From Balanoglossus misakiensis (Eukaryota; Animalia; Hemichordata), in assembly GCA_040954595.2 (NCBI GenBank), contig CM082577.2:19318303-19382302 (forward strand): DNA of 64,000 nucleotides, read 5' to 3'. Position numbers and translations under genes: made by a program. Below the pieces are notes generated by a model. It did no database searches. It saw only the letters and a list, made by a program, of their open reading frames with translations, and was not told the DNA's origin. Positions 26,743-41,200 of the stretch are shown in pieces (the stretch's first letter is position 1; each line of letters opens with the position of its first letter).

Positions 26743-29700
26743 TCACATAACATAGTCCTTAAATTTGGATGGAAGTTTGATGGCTCTTGTTCGGGATGTT
26801 GTCATAAATTCCGGACTCTTCTTCGGAGTGAATGACATCGCTGCAGGTGTTTGCTGGGATGTAGCTGGAGGAATTTGTGGATTTTCCATCCGTTTCGCTG
26901 GGGATGCCGGAACCTCATTGCTTGTAAGCTGATGATCTTTACTGCTGGCGAATTCCTTGGGGCGTTGACCTCCCTGAGATGTCCCTACGCAGCTGTTGTT
27001 TCCAGTATTGGGCAACATGCTCGGCGTAACGACTGGTGGGAATGTTGGCCTTGGGTTTTGGTATTCTTGGATACCGATTGGTGGTGGTGCAGCTGGTGTT
27101 ATTTGTACTCGATTTCGTCGCACTTGGCCTGATTGAGTTTTGATTGTGTAGGATCTTGCATCATCACGATGAGTGACTTGACCATATGACCAAGGTTTTG
27201 TGTGTGGAGGTTTTACGTACACATGGTTTCCAACGTTGATTGGGGTGTGTTCTGGGCCGGCTGTTTTATCATATTGCTGTTTGCTGGACACTCGTTTGCT
27301 CTTTATTTCTTGAAACACCTTCTCCTGGTCTATTGTTTGTTGTTGGAGTAGATGATCAGATGTTGGGAGCAGTGTGCGTGTCCGACGGAGTAGCATCCGC
27401 TGGGCCGGTGAGTATGTGTGTCCTTTTGGTGGTGTGTTCCTGTAGTTGAGCATGGCCTCGTCAAGGTTTCCTGATTTCTTCAGCATGGACTTGGAGGTGG
27501 CCACTGCTGCTTCTGCCTTCCATTCCCTTTTGGATGATATGGGGATGACATTGTATGGCTGAATCCATAGCTGCGTACAAATTCCATGTACATGTATTCC
27601 TTACTAATGAATTGAGGCCCATTGTCGGTGTGACAAATTCTGGGCACACCTAACCGTGCAAAATGGGCTTTTGTTTTGTTGATGATGGTGGAGGAAAGTG
27701 TATCTGGGAGTTAATCGACCTCGATCCAGTCCGAGTAGTGGCACACGGTAACTAAATAGTTGGTTCCTTCGAAGGCAAACAAGTCTTGACTAATCAGCTG
27801 CCATGGCAGGGTAGGTATGGGCAGTGATTTCATGGGTTCTTTTGGTGCTGTTCTGCCATATTGTGCACATATGCCACATGCTTCACACATATCTTGGATT
27901 GCCTTTCGCATCCCAGGCCAGAACAGGACTTCACGTGCCATACGAATATTTAATTCTGCTCCCTGGTGATTGGCATGTATTTTGTGAAGCATTTCCGAAT
28001 GCATGGACTGTGTCACTATAACTAGGTTTCCTTTGTATATTATTCCATTTTGAGTTCATCTCTATAGCTCCAGAATGGGTGTAGGATTTCAGGCAAGGAC
28101 TCTCTCTTGTCTGGCCATCCTGTCGTTATCACTGTTTGAAGTCCAGATAGACACGGGTCATCTGATGTTTCATCTTGGATACGTTTTTCTGTGTCTGGTA
28201 GTAATCTGGTATTCGGTTTGTAGAACTCAGGTTCCAACTCAGATCTGAATACCTCAAAGCCGGTGACTTCACACTCCACCGGTGGTGGGAGTGGTGCAGA
28301 TCTGGAGAGGGTATCCGCCAAATGGAGGGATGTGCCTCTTCTGTACGTAACCGTAAAACTATGTCATTGTAGGCGCATTAGCATTCTCTGCAGTCTGGCC
28401 GGTGCTTTGTTGAGTGGTTTTTTCATGATTGTTTCTAAGGGCTGGTGGTCTGTGTGTACCACTATGTCTGACTTGCCGTACAGCCATTGGTCGAATTTCT
28501 CAAATGCGTTGCAAATCGCGGGGCATTCTTTCTCGATTTGTGAGTATCGTTGCTCAGTTGGGCTCATGCTGCATGAGGTGAAGGCCACTGGCTGTAGTTT
28601 TCCATCTTTGTTAGGTTGAAGAATTGCTCCACCGAGGCCTGCATCACTTGCATCAACCTGTAGTACTACTGGTTTCTGTAGGTCATAGTACTGCAAGACT
28701 GGGGCTGCTGCTATCAGTTGTTTGGCCTTCTTGAAAGCTGCTTCTTGGGTTTCCAACCAGCAAAATGGTACTCCATTCTGAGTTAGCATTGTGAGTGGCT
28801 GTATTGTTGCGCTCAGATTGTCACAATATGGTGAGAGGTAGTTTATCATGCCGATAAACCGGAGCAAGCCTGCTTTGTCTTGAGGCATGTCGATGATCGC
28901 TGCTACTTTGTCTGGATCGGGTTTCATCCCTTTGTTGGTTATGATGCTGCCAACAAATTTTATCTCTCTACGTTTGAATTTGAGTTTGTCCGGATTGAAC
29001 TTTATATTTCTTTGTCTGGCTCGCTCCATGAGTGCCACAAAGCGGCGGTAGTGGTCTCGTTCATCTTCTTCATATGTCTCTCCTTCTCCAAACACAAGGA
29101 GGTCGTCTGCTACAATGAGAAGAATTCCTTCAAGGCCTAGCTTCTATGGCTGTCATGAGTCTCATCTGGAATTCTTCTGGTGCACTTGTGATACCAAAGG
29201 GCAAGCGAAGCCATCTGTATCGTCCGTAGGATGTGTGCATTGTGGTCATCATGGATGACTCTTTATCGAGAGGGATGTGTAGGAATCCTTCACGTACATC
29301 AATGATCGAGAAGCATTTGGCATTGCACAGTTTGTGTAGCTGCTCATTCAGCGTCGGCATCTGGTATATGAGTCGTAGAATTGCTTTGTTGACAGTTTGA
29401 CTTGGGTCAATGCACACCCTGAACTTGTTTAGAGACTCGCGTATTAAGATGTTGGAACACCAGGGGGTAGGTACATCAACTTTTTCCAATATACCCTCTT
29501 CCACATATTTATCTAGGGCAGCTTTTTCCTTTTCTCGTTTGGCTATAGGTACCCTGTGAATAGGCACCTGAATCGGGGATACATCTTGTTTGACCTTGAA
29601 GTGCACTGGGGGACCAAGCTCACCTATGTTTTCAAAGTTTTCTGGATATTCTCTGATGATGTCCTCCTTCGTGAGCTGGCCCGGTGGGGGCAAATGTCGT

Positions 29701-31103
29701 TTTGCTGACATGCTAACTAGGTGTGATGGTTGTGGTTTGGGTTGGCATTGAGAGGGTGTGTTGTTGTGTAGTGCTTAGACATGGTTACAGGTCATATGCG
29801 AAGTGGCGGGGGTCAGCTTGTTATGAGGTTTCTGCATTCTGTAGCCAGGTAATTCACTTGGTTCTGCTTCAGTTACGTTGTATATTGTCTTTGAAAGGGA
29901 GAAAACTTCATCAGCCTGAATCTTGACCAGCCCGAGTTTTTCACAGTCTTGTCCTGACAGCAGGGCAGGTTTGTCTCCCATCACACTGTATGGTAAAACC
30001 TGGAAGGATAGTGTTTCGTATCTGTCCTTCCTTTCACATATCAGGTCAACTTGACCTATGGGCTTCAATGGCCTTGTGTTTTCATATGGATACAGCAGAT
30101 ATGGGGAACGTGAAATTGCTGTCTCTGGGAGTGATGTCTGAAGTGTTCGATCAGAGATTGTGTTGCATGTGGTGGCAGTGTCAATCTGAAATTTGACTGG
30201 TGTGATTCGTGTACCGCTGTTTGACATTTTCAGATTCACATAGTACCTCTTTCCCCTGGAGGTTGTGTTCACATTGTGGATTTCTGATGCAAGGGAATAT
30301 ACATTTTGTTGATGTGGCTGTTCACTTTGGTACTCATCGGTATACGGTGTGTCCGACTGTGTCTCCCATGACTGGAGTTGGTTGACCGCTTGAGTGCGCT
30401 GTTCTCTGGTGTTGCCCTGTTGAGGTCTCCCACTGTTTTGGTTCCTGAAGTTGGTTGAGGTCGGTGTTCTTGGCGCCTGGTTGGTGCGCTGCTGTGCGCG
30501 AGCAGGACAGGTTTCTGTTTCCAGGCATACTCTAGCGAAGTGATCGTTTCCCCCCACATCTTGTGCATTTCTTGCCTTTGGCGGGGCAATTTTTCCATGG
30601 ATGGCTGCCACGTCGGTCTCCACACCTACCCAGTGGCACGTCCCTGGTTCTCGTTTCAGTCTCATATCACGGTGTTTGGTCCAATTCACCTGTTCCTCAA
30701 TTCCTCTTGAAGTGTCAACAATTAGATTGTTTGCCCGTTTAGCGGCCTCAAGTGCTTTGTCACCAGCAACACCATTGGACATTGATTTATTCGAGCCATC
30801 TGCTTTTAAATGTGTTTTGAGTACGGATGGCGCTGTCATGTAGACCGAACACGAATTTATCTCTGCACATCTCATCTGCTAGGCCTTCGAACTCACACAG
30901 GCTGCCTGCTTGTCGTACTTTTACTTCCCAATCTTGTACTGAGTCATGAGAATTTTGGCCGACTGTTCATTGTATTGGTCCTTTGTAAGGTCCCGATAGT
31001 CAGCTTGTACGCAGTAGTCATTAAATCGGAGCTCAAAATTCTTGAAGTTCTCGGATATGTTGCAGAGTAGTTTCAGTTCAGGCCGTTTCAAGTTGGAGGT
31101 CAT
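26743..31103 (-). pseudogene. Frameshifted gag-pol of the younger Gypsy
   Basis: Protease FQIDTATTCN; RT IIDVREGFLHIPLD, RLPFGITSAPEEFQ, VADD; RNase H VDASDAGLG, HTDHQPL; integrase HHCC (HANHQG...CEAC); broken into at least 7 ORFs. Confidence 0.93.
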
Positions 31104-31184
31104 GCTGGAGTATGTTGATCGGACGGTGGGGTCTGTTTTCGTTTGTACTCACAGTTAAGGGCTTGTGTGTGTTTGGTTCGGTGA

Positions 31185-31202
31185 ATCCCACTTCTGACAC
31201 CA
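31185..31202 (-). promoter_or_regulatory. Primer-binding site complementary to the tRNA-Leu 3' end
   Basis: Minus strand reads TGGTGTCAGAAGTGGGAT directly inside the 5' LTR. Confidence 0.85.
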
Positions 31203-32107
31203 AGTTTCCTGCTCAGTGCGGGGTGACACAACTCACGGGACGACCGTAGTGTGATTGAATTGCTTTATTCAACGGGCTCCATGTGCATAGGCGGGACGCC
31301 ATTACAATCAGTATTGAACCCTGCTTAACATAACCAGAAGTCACATAGAACTAGTAACTAGAGGGCGCTAGACCGCCAAGAAAAGCTATTGTCCATAACG
31401 TTTCATTAGTCAGTCTCCTGAATTTGATTTTGCATGCAAAATGTCAATGATAAATTCAACGCGAAACAAATGTGTCATTGTCTTTCAAATGTCCAGATCT
31501 TGTAGTCTTCAGCGGAGTTTCACAAGTGGGCTGACTGTCTGGTGGCTGGTCATCAACATCAACAGCTTTACTGTTGGACTTGGCTACAGGTGACTGGGAT
31601 AATTTGCATACAATCTTCCTTTCTTCTGCTCTGTGAGTTGATACAGTCATTTCCGGAACAGTGGGAATAACTGCATTTGGAACATATGTCTCCCTGGTTT
31701 TCTTCTGATGACTACGATTGCGACGATACTTTCTACCTAGCCCGGAGACCAGGGCTTCGGGGAAAAGAAACGCCCGGTGACAGTCTCTATTTACGCACGG
31801 AATTCTGTGCGCAGAACGACTTGGGTGGTAAATCTTGCGTGTAAGCTAATTGGTCACTCAATGTAAACTAAATGACATCATCGCATACTAAATAAGGAAT
31901 TAAAGGTGGAGTCAAAGCACCCCATGTGTGAAATTCCCGCGACGGGATGTGGGAGTGGTTTTGAAGGTGTATGAATATTCATACCCAAGCTTTGTTAATT
32001 ATATCATCCAACCACTGGCGCCCGTCAACATTTGATAGATCACTCGTTATCCATTCGTTACTAAGCGACCCTGATCGTTGCCAGGGCTACTTTCTTTCAG
32101 GGGAATT

Positions 32108-32470
32108 GTTTGAGGGGTATACGGATTCTTGACTATGATGGAGACGGAGACTTCGAGTCAATTCAAACTAATTTATTACTATAATAGCTATAATACTAGT
32201 ACGTTACAGCTTAGTGGGTCAACTCCGGTGAGAGAAGTGGAAAGACCGGATGCGCTCAAAGTCAATCCCCAGCAAGTGCTTCAAAGTGGTCTCTCAAAGC
32301 AAGTGCTAATGAAAGTAATTAGCGATATGTTATATAGCTCATCTTGGCGGGAAAGTTTCTAATTACCAGATGTGTGATTGGTTAATAAATGAGTCATACA
32401 GAGACTTGGCGTCAGCTAGTATACATCTGACCAAAGTTACTGATATCAATGTCAAGATCTTTAGTAGAGT
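32108..32470 (-). mobile_element. Possible solo-LTR fragment
   Basis: Minus strand has TATATAA, AATAAA and ends ...CAAACA; other boundary and TSD not found. Confidence 0.35.
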
Positions 32471-32606
32471 GTCCTGTTTACACGAAATGATTCTAAACAC
32501 TTGCGTTCAACCTCAGCTTGATTTTGTCTTTGTTAAGCTTCAAATTGCGTTCTCGGCATCTCTGCATAAGAGCTAGTAGATTCCTGTCATGGTTTACTAT
32601 TGGTTT

Positions 32607-34424
32607 CCCTTACCAAACCTGCAGCTCTGCAAATGAGCTGATGAAAAGCTTCGGCAGCTCTGCAGAAACAGATATCCTGCAGCCTTTGCATAGAGCTGCA
32701 GAGAGCTGAATTGGTGAATATATAATGAGCTATGAGCTGCATGGGCAGACTCTTCGCAGACAGCCTACAGCTCTTGGGCAGACCCCTCACAGACAACCCA
32801 CAGCTATGGGGCAAACTTCACGCTCAGCTCATGACAGCTCATACATGCACATACATACATACACACACTTACTCACACAATGTGAAAAAACAGTCAATAC
32901 AATTAATGTTCAATAATATGCTAATTGTAAACTTTAAGTTCTTTTGTACAGTACAGTAAAAATAAAATGAAGGATAAAATGATAGAGCTACATAGTACAG
33001 TACGACTAGCTATGTACAAACACTTGTAATCTACACTAAGTTCGATGGAAATGTGGTCACTGTGATCACTATATAGTCAGTGGTTTCATGGCAATAATAA
33101 AGATATCCGAGGCATGATGCTTCACATTTCTGTTCAGGAACGATATTATGCAACGTACATGCAATGTCCACGCCATTTTGAATGAACCATTTTCGCGGAT
33201 GCACGTCCATGCATCGTCGTACTTGAATGGCGATCAAGATTTCTTGTAATGAGTACGGTCAAATCAACAGCTATCAATGGACGCACCACAGGAGTAGGTG
33301 TTGTTTCAAAACGCATTTGGTACTTACAATCGTCCGGGTCATATCAAAACGTGATGTGTTTGAATGCGACCGCGTTTACTGACATCGAGAATGGCGGCCA
33401 CATTGTGATGACCCCGTCGACCGATGCTCGCGATGAATGTACGTGACTGATCTCCCTTGTCATGATCTTGCGTGTTTTGATATCCGCACGTCATCTCTGA
33501 CGCATAAAGTAGTCGGAACAGCGAAAGGATTTCACAAATTTTGTTAAAACTGCGTCGAAATGGCTTTCCGACATTGACTTCCGTGTCTACGCTGTGAACT
33601 CGTTAAGTATGACTGTTCAATGATGTTTTATGAATGGACCAATCCGGGTACGTATGGTAATGACGTCCCGGGTCAAAAGTCAAATATTGTACTTCGGCCT
33701 GTAAAACTCGCAAGGGTTGTAGATTGTGGTGAATAAATATAAATAAATCGTGGAAAATTTGTATTAAAATCGAGATCTCTAAAAAAGAGTGAGAACTTGA
33801 TTTTGAGTGATATTTCAGTACAAATAAATTTACAAAAAAATGTTTTTTATTCCTTGGGGAAGTGTTAATTATTCAGAAAAACATATATTCTGAAATTTTC
33901 CAACTTCAGAAATTTTCCAACTTCAACAGAGGATATGATTTTTTCATCAACTAACATGTAAAAGTTATAAAAAAAATCAACTATGTCAGTCAATTAATGC
34001 ATTATCTGGAAAGATACATTTTACGTGTCATGAATTACTAGTTATAAAGATAAAGGCCTTCATGCAATATTACATATAAACATCACTCTTTAATTGTGCA
34101 CATAATATACTTGCAAATGCAGCCACCAAAACTTCATTTTGCAGTGAGCTGTGGTGTACTGGCTTTTGCACTTGTCTGAGCTGCAGAAAGTCTCATCATA
34201 TTGAAATTTACAGAAGGCATTGTTGCTCGCTGTTTTAGAGCTGTGAGTTAACTGCGTAGAGCTGCCGTTTGTCTACACAATGTTTGAAAAAGCTGTCAAA
34301 GAAAATTTTGTCTGCTGCCAACAAATGACAGCTCAGAACAACCATTGCAGAGCTGCAGATAAGCTGACACAGCTCTGAATCGGATCTGCAGCAGCTCTCT
34401 GCAGATCTGCAGGTTTGGTAAGGT
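32607..34424. mobile_element. CACTA/EnSpm-like non-autonomous element inside the older Gypsy RT
   Basis: TIR CCTTACCAAACCTGCAG; dense subterminal CAGCT/AGCTG repeats; TT duplication; RT reads through once it is removed (GETLDE | .IVNHDRNLLALMQRCRERNLKLNKDK). Confidence 0.8.
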
Positions 34425-35291
34425 TTCATCTAGTGTTTCTCCTACACCATATAGCAGTATGTCATCCACAATGGACTTTGTGCGTGTCAGAACTTCAATG
34501 GCTTGGTCTTGTCTGCGCTGAAACTCTTCAGGCGCGGTAGAAATACCGAAAGGCATGCGCAACAAACAAATTTACCTTCCGAAAGGGGTGTTGAACGTTG
34601 TCAAATGTGAGCTTTCATCATCGAGTTCAACATGCCAGAATCCATTCTTGGCATCCAAAACACTGAACACTTTGGCTTTGCCCAATTCATGCAAGATCTC
34701 TTCTATTGTCTGCAATGGGTAGTGACTTCTCTTCGGAGCTCTGTTTAAATCTCTGGGATCAAGGCAAATTCTCATCTTTCCTGCCTTGAGAACTGTGACT
34801 AGACTTGATAGTGACATTTGTACTATCACAGTCGAAAGTCTTTAAATGATTTGTTAAACTAGAATAACAAGTGCATGTGAATGTAACAGTTTTAGTAAGT
34901 TGCACAATTTTGTTGCGTAAAACATCCAGGAAAATGGCATTTTTACCACAAAAACTTCTGGAAATCTCCTGGAAACTTTTGGAATTTTGAATTGCTCTAG
35001 GGGTGTATGAACCCTGTGATACCAATGGGGTCGGCTTTGTGACTGGTGCTATGATGTTCAGTTCAGTGAGTCTATCAAGTTCCTCTTTCAGTTGGTCCTT
35101 GATAGCAACTGGAATTTTCCTGGGCAGGTGAACGAATGGTCTGACATCTGGATCTATTTCCAAATGATACTTTCCTTCCAGCCTGTTTCAAACTGGGGTT
35201 TGTAATGCCAGAGGCATTAAGAGACAGGAGTTGTAAACTCAACAACTTTTAATGAACCGTCATCTTGGAAGAGTCCAGAAAGTACAAGAAC

Positions 35292-38200
35292 AATTAAAGC
35301 TGCAAGCAGCATTGAAGGGGCCCAAGCATAGAGTTAATAACCATTAGACTCCATTTAGGGTTGTACCATTCAAATGCTGTATTTGCTCTCGATGTTGAGA
35401 TATGGGGAAGTAGGCAACCACCCGAAATGCATGTCCTACAAGTACAAACACAACAACCAAAGGTGAACTTCTACGTTGTAAGTACTTCAGTAAGTACTTC
35501 AAAGGTCAGCTGAGGGTACCCAAAAATTGGGCCAAAAGTTAGGATTCTTATTTGGTTCATATTCAAGACAACGGAAAATCCTCGCCCTTGGGTTTGGTCA
35601 AATTAGATATGGCCATAATAATGAGTTACGCAAGTAAGTTACAGGTGGCCCCAGGAATTTAGCATTTCATGACGCAGAGGTCCTACCCTACCCCTCCAAA
35701 CACCTGGCTATATATGATTTGCATGCTAACATATGGAAAGCAGGTCAATTGACACCTGAGGTCAACCAAATATTTGACAAAAAATTGTCATTCCTGTTTA
35801 TGTCATGTGCAACAAATCCTACATTTGCAGCCCTTTCACTTTGCCTACCATTAGGTATGCACGGAATACATGAATCAAGCAGGTGTCACAGGTATCCCCA
35901 TGTATTTGGCATTTCATGATAGTTTCATCCCTCCAAATACCAAAGCTGCACCTGCACAACGTGCTGAGATATGGCACTGTACGACAGAGGTCATCCAAAT
36001 CACCTTATACATTTGGGCAAAAACCAACTGACACTTACATTCGTCCGTGTGGAACAAAAACCACACATATCGCCCTGTTGGTTAGTGTCCAATTAAATGT
36101 ACAAAATCAATGACTTCGGCAGGTGCAACGGGTGACCCCGCCTTTGGTATATCATTATGGTCCCATCCGTATACCCCCCCCCCCCCCACCACGCCAAAGC
36201 TGCATGCATCTGCTGTTATTCACTAAGCAAAAGTAGGTGAAATATCACATAAGGTCGCCCACAACTTGACAGGAAAATCGGACTTCATATTGATCCATGT
36301 GCAACAAATACCATGCTAGCATCCCTTTCATTGACCCCACAATTACGCATGCACATAATAGAGTTACGCAGGTGTCACAGGTGACCCCCGAATCGGGCGT
36401 ATTATTTTGGTCCCATAGAGCTGCATGAAGCTGCGTGCCATTACGGGCGACCTGATAACCCCAACGGCCCCCTGCGGGCCGAACCCCATACTGAACGTTC
36501 AGTTGCAACGTCACGACTGAAGTAGGAACATTTGAACGGCAACGAAGACTGATCTCTGATTATTGCTGGTACCATACTCCCTTTGTGCAAGAAAATTACT
36601 GGTCTGCTTATGTATTTCGCCAATTTCCCGAACTACTATCCACTACATGTGACTACCTAAATGCTAATGAAACCTCCCACAACATTAGCGACTGAGGGTC
36701 AAAGTCCGCTGCCGCATTACATTGAATGTTAACCAGTGTAGCCGGGGCTACAGAGACACATTTATACGGCAACAGCTAACAAACTCAGCGTAATTCAATA
36801 AATCGCCCTAACACAGCCTGAACTCTGATAATGTGTTGTCCCAAAATTCATTCCGTGGAAAATAATCACTGGTCTGTTTACGTATTTCAGCCGATTTTCC
36901 AAGGACTACTGCAACCCTCCTGCTAATGAGATCTCCACAACATTACGTAATGACTGTCAAAGTCCGATGCCCCAGTGTTTGTTCTCAGCCCACCAAAAAA
37001 TGCGAAAAATATTACAAAAATCTTCTTCTCAAAATCGACGTGGCCTAGGACCTTAAAATTTGGCACAGGGGATTTTGGCCACATGGTCTACGAAAATCGC
37101 GAAAAGAATGTACATGCCCCCATTAACGTGCAAATTAGGTCAATTTGAAAATTTCGCTCGATTATAGCCACCAAGTCACGTGACTAATTACAAATTCAAA
37201 GGGCAGGTGCACTAGTACTCATGGGCCCCAACCACCGTGCCAAGTTTCATAGGCGTAAAACCAGGGAATTTTGAGCAAAACGGGAGCAAAAAAACGACTC
37301 AAGAAGAAAGAAGAAATATAGCTGCAAGCAGCGATGACAGGCACAAGCTTAAGCCCAAGGTCAAAGGTCATATGTGGTCACCCAAAAATTGGGCAAGAAG
37401 TTTTGACCCCCATACTAGTCCAGGTCCAACAGAAACCAGACGTCCAGCCCTATTGGTTTGTCTGAAATTAGATATGCGCATAATTAATGATGTAAAGTGT
37501 AAGACTCTATCAAAAGTTCGATCCATCCAAACACAAATGCTGTACCTGTTCTGGATGCCGAGATATAGGAAAGTAGGTCAAAGGTCACCTGAGGCCATCC
37601 GAAAGTTTAGCAAAAAAATTTGACCCCATACCAGTCCAGGTCCAACAAAAATCAGGCCTCTAACCCTATCGGTTCGCCTAGAATTAGATATGCACATAAT
37701 TAATGGGGTAAAGTATAAGGCTTCATTAGGAGTTCCATGCCTCAAAATGCCAAGGCTGTATCTGCGCTGGTTGCCGAGATATGGTAAAGTAGGTCAAAGG
37801 TCACCTGAGGTCACCCAAAATTGGGCAAGAAATTTTAACCCTATACTGGTCCATGTTCAACAAAAATCAAACCTCTAGCCCTATTGGCTAGCCTGGAATT
37901 AGGTATGCACATAATTAATGAGATAAGCAGGTGGCACAGGTGACCCCTAATTTTGTCTTTTCAATTTTAGTCACAACCCTCCAAACGCCAAGTCAGTACC
38001 TGCTGTGGATGCTGAGATATAGGAAAGTAGGTCAAAGGTCACCTGAGGTCACCCAAAATTTGGGCAAAAATTTTAGATGCCATACTGATCCATGTCCCAC
38101 AAGAACAAAACCTCTAGCCTTATTAGTTAGCCTGGAATTAGGTATGCACATAATTAATGAGTTAAGCAGGTGTTACAGGTGAGCCAAAAATTTTGCCTTT

Positions 38201-41200
38201 TATTGTGGTGCCATTCTGCTCACGGGCCAATAGAGAGTCACTGTACAGGACCAATGCACAGCCGACATGGACATAGCGTCATAGCTTAACTATAGAAAGT
38301 ATAGGCCCATGGCTGGGTTCAAAAATATGAAAAATAAAAAAATCTTCTTCTCAAAATAGACTTGGCCCACGGCCTTGACATTTGGCATGTAGGACACTGA
38401 CCACATGGTCTGCAAAAATCGCTAAAAGAATTTTGATATCTCCATTCATATGCAAATTAGGCCCATTTGAAAACTTTGCCCATATATGGTCATCAGGTCA
38501 CATGACTAATTAAACATTCGCAGGGATACTGCACAAGCTCTCATAGACCTGCACCATTGTGCCAAGTTTGAGATTTGTAGGTTCAGCCGTTTTCAAGATC
38601 TACCTGAGCAAAAAAACTACACAAGAAGAAAAAGATGAATATAGCTGCAAGCAGCGATGACGGGCACAAGCTTAAGCCGAAGGTCAAAGGTCATATGTGG
38701 TCACCCAAAAACTGGGCAAAAAGTTTTGACCCCCATACTAGTCCAGGTCCAACAGAAACCAGACCTCTAGCCCTATTGGTTTGTCTGAAATTAGATATGC
38801 GCATAATTAATGATGTAAAGTGTAAGACTCTATCAATAGTTCGATCTATCCAAACACAAATGCTGTACCTGTTCTGGATGCCGAGGAAAGTAGGTCAAAG
38901 GTCACCTGAGGCCATCCGAAAGTTTAGCAAAAAATTTTGACCCCATACCAGTCCAGGTCCAACAAAAATCAGGCCTCTAACCCTATTGGTTCGCCTAGAA
39001 TTAGATATGCACATAATTAATGATGTAAAGTGGAAGACTCCATTAATAGTTCGATCCATCCAAACACAAATGATGTACCTGTTCTGGATGCCGAGATATA
39101 GCAAAGTAGGTCAAATGTCACCTGAGGTCACCCAAAATTTGGGCAAAATTTTTGACCCCATACTGATCCATGTCCCACAAGAACAAAACCTCTAGCCCTA
39201 TTGGTTAGCCTGGAATTAGGTATGCACATAATTAATGAGATATGCAGGTGTCACAGGTGACCCCCAATTTTGGCTTTTCAATTTTAGTCCCAACCCTCCA
39301 AACGCCAAGTCTGTGCCTGCTCTGGTTGCCAAGATATGGTAAATTAGGTCAAAGGTCACATGAGGTCATGCAAAATTTGGGCAAGAAATTTTGACCCTAT
39401 ACTGGTCCATGTTCAACAAAAATCAAACCTCTAACCCCATTGGTTAGCCTGGAATTAGGTATGCACATAATTAATGAGATAAGCAGGTGTCACAGGTGAC
39501 CTTCAATTTTGTCTTTTCAATTTTAGTCACAACCCTCCAAACGCCAAGTCTGTACCTGCTGTGAATGCCGAGATATAGGAAAGTAGGTCAAAGGTCACCT
39601 GAGGTCACCTAAAATTTGGGCAAAATTTTTTTATCCCATACTGGTCCATGTCCCACAAGAACAAAACCTCTAGCCCTATTAGTTAGCCTGGAATTAGGTA
39701 TGCACATATTTAATGAGTTAAGCAGGTGTTACAGGTGAGCCCAAAATTTTGCCTTTTATTGTGGTACCATTCTGCTCACGGTCCAATAGAGAGTCACTGT
39801 ACAGGACCATTGCACAGCCAACGTGGACATAGCGTGATAGCTTAACTATAGAAAGTATAGGCCTAAGGCTGGGTCCAAAAATATGAAAAATAAAAAAATC
39901 TTCTTCTCAAAATAGACTTGGCCCACGGCCTTGACATTTGGCATGTAGGACACTGACCACATGGTCTGCAAAAATCGCTAAAAGAATTTTGATATCTCCA
40001 TTCATATGCAAATTAGGCCCATTTGAAAACTTTGCCCATATATGGTCATCAGGTCACATGACTTATTAAACATTCACGAGGGTACAGCACCAGCTCTCAT
40101 AGGCCTGCACCACTGTGCCAAGTTTGACATTTGTAGGTTCAGCCGTTTTCAAGATCCTGTTGGGCAAAAAAACGACACAAGAAAAAAAAAAAGAAGAAAT
40201 ATAGCTGCAAGCAGCAATAGCGGGCCCAAGCCAACATAGCACATGGCAACATAGCAATAAGCATATCTGCTCTTGATGCCATGATATGGTAAAGTAGGTC
40301 AAAGGTCACCTGAGGTCATGCAAAAATTTGGGCAAGAAATTTTGACCCTATACTAGTCCATGTTCAATAAAAACCAAACCTATAGCCCTATTGGTTAGCC
40401 TGGAATTAGGTATGCACATAATTAATGAGATATGCAGGTGTCACAGGTGACCCCCAATTTTGGCTTTTCACTTTCAGTCCCAACCCTCCAAACACCAAGT
40501 TTGTACCTGCTCTGGATGCTAAGATATGGTAAAGTAGGTCAAAGGTCACTTTAGGTCATGCAACATTTGGGCAATAAATTTTGACCCTATACTGGTCCAT
40601 GTTCAACAAAAACCAAACCTATAGCCTTATTTGTTAGCCTGGAATTAGGTATGCGCATAATTAATGATATATGCAGGTGTCACAGGTGACCCCCATTCTG
40701 GCTTTTCAATTTTAGTCCCAACCCTGCAAGCGCCAAGTTTGTACCTGCTCTGGATGCCAAGATATGGTAAAGTAGGTGAAAGGTCACCTGAGGTCACCCA
40801 AAATTTGGGCAAGAAATTTTGACCCCATACTGGTCCATGTTCAACAAAAACCAAACCTATAGCCCTATTTATTAGCCTGGAATTAGGTATGCGCATAATT
40901 AATGAGATATGCAGGTGTCACAGGTGACCCCCATTCTGGCTTTTCAATTTTAGTCCCAACCCTGCAAGCGCCAAGTTTGTACCTGCTCTGGATGCCAAGA
41001 TATGGTAAAGTAGGTGAAAGGTCACCTGAGGTCACCCAAAATTTGGGCAAGAAATTTTGACTCCATACTGGTCCATGTCCCACAAGAACAAAACCTCTAG
41101 GCCTATTAGTTAGCCCGGAATTAGGTATGCACATAATTCATTAGTTAAGCAGGTGTTACAGGTGAGCCTGAAATTTTGCCTGTTATTTTGGTCCCATTGT

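Larger units (their letters stand above)
26342..31379 (-). mobile_element. Younger near-full-length Ty3/Gypsy LTR retrotransposon, inactivated
   Basis: LTRs 26342-26523 and 31203-31379 (about 8 mismatches by eye); PPT AAAGGAGGGGAGA; PBS; domain order gag-PR-RT-RNaseH-IN. Confidence 0.96.

Noticed and set aside
31183-31202. tRNA-Leu-like sequence (also ~49021-49037)
   Set aside because: Only the 3' ~18-20 nt are present; a primer-binding site, not a tRNA gene.
37237-41134. Many recurring 60-130 aa ORFs (MPRYRKVGQRSPEVTQ...)
   Set aside because: Chance translations of the ~239-bp repeat on both strands with variable frameshifts.
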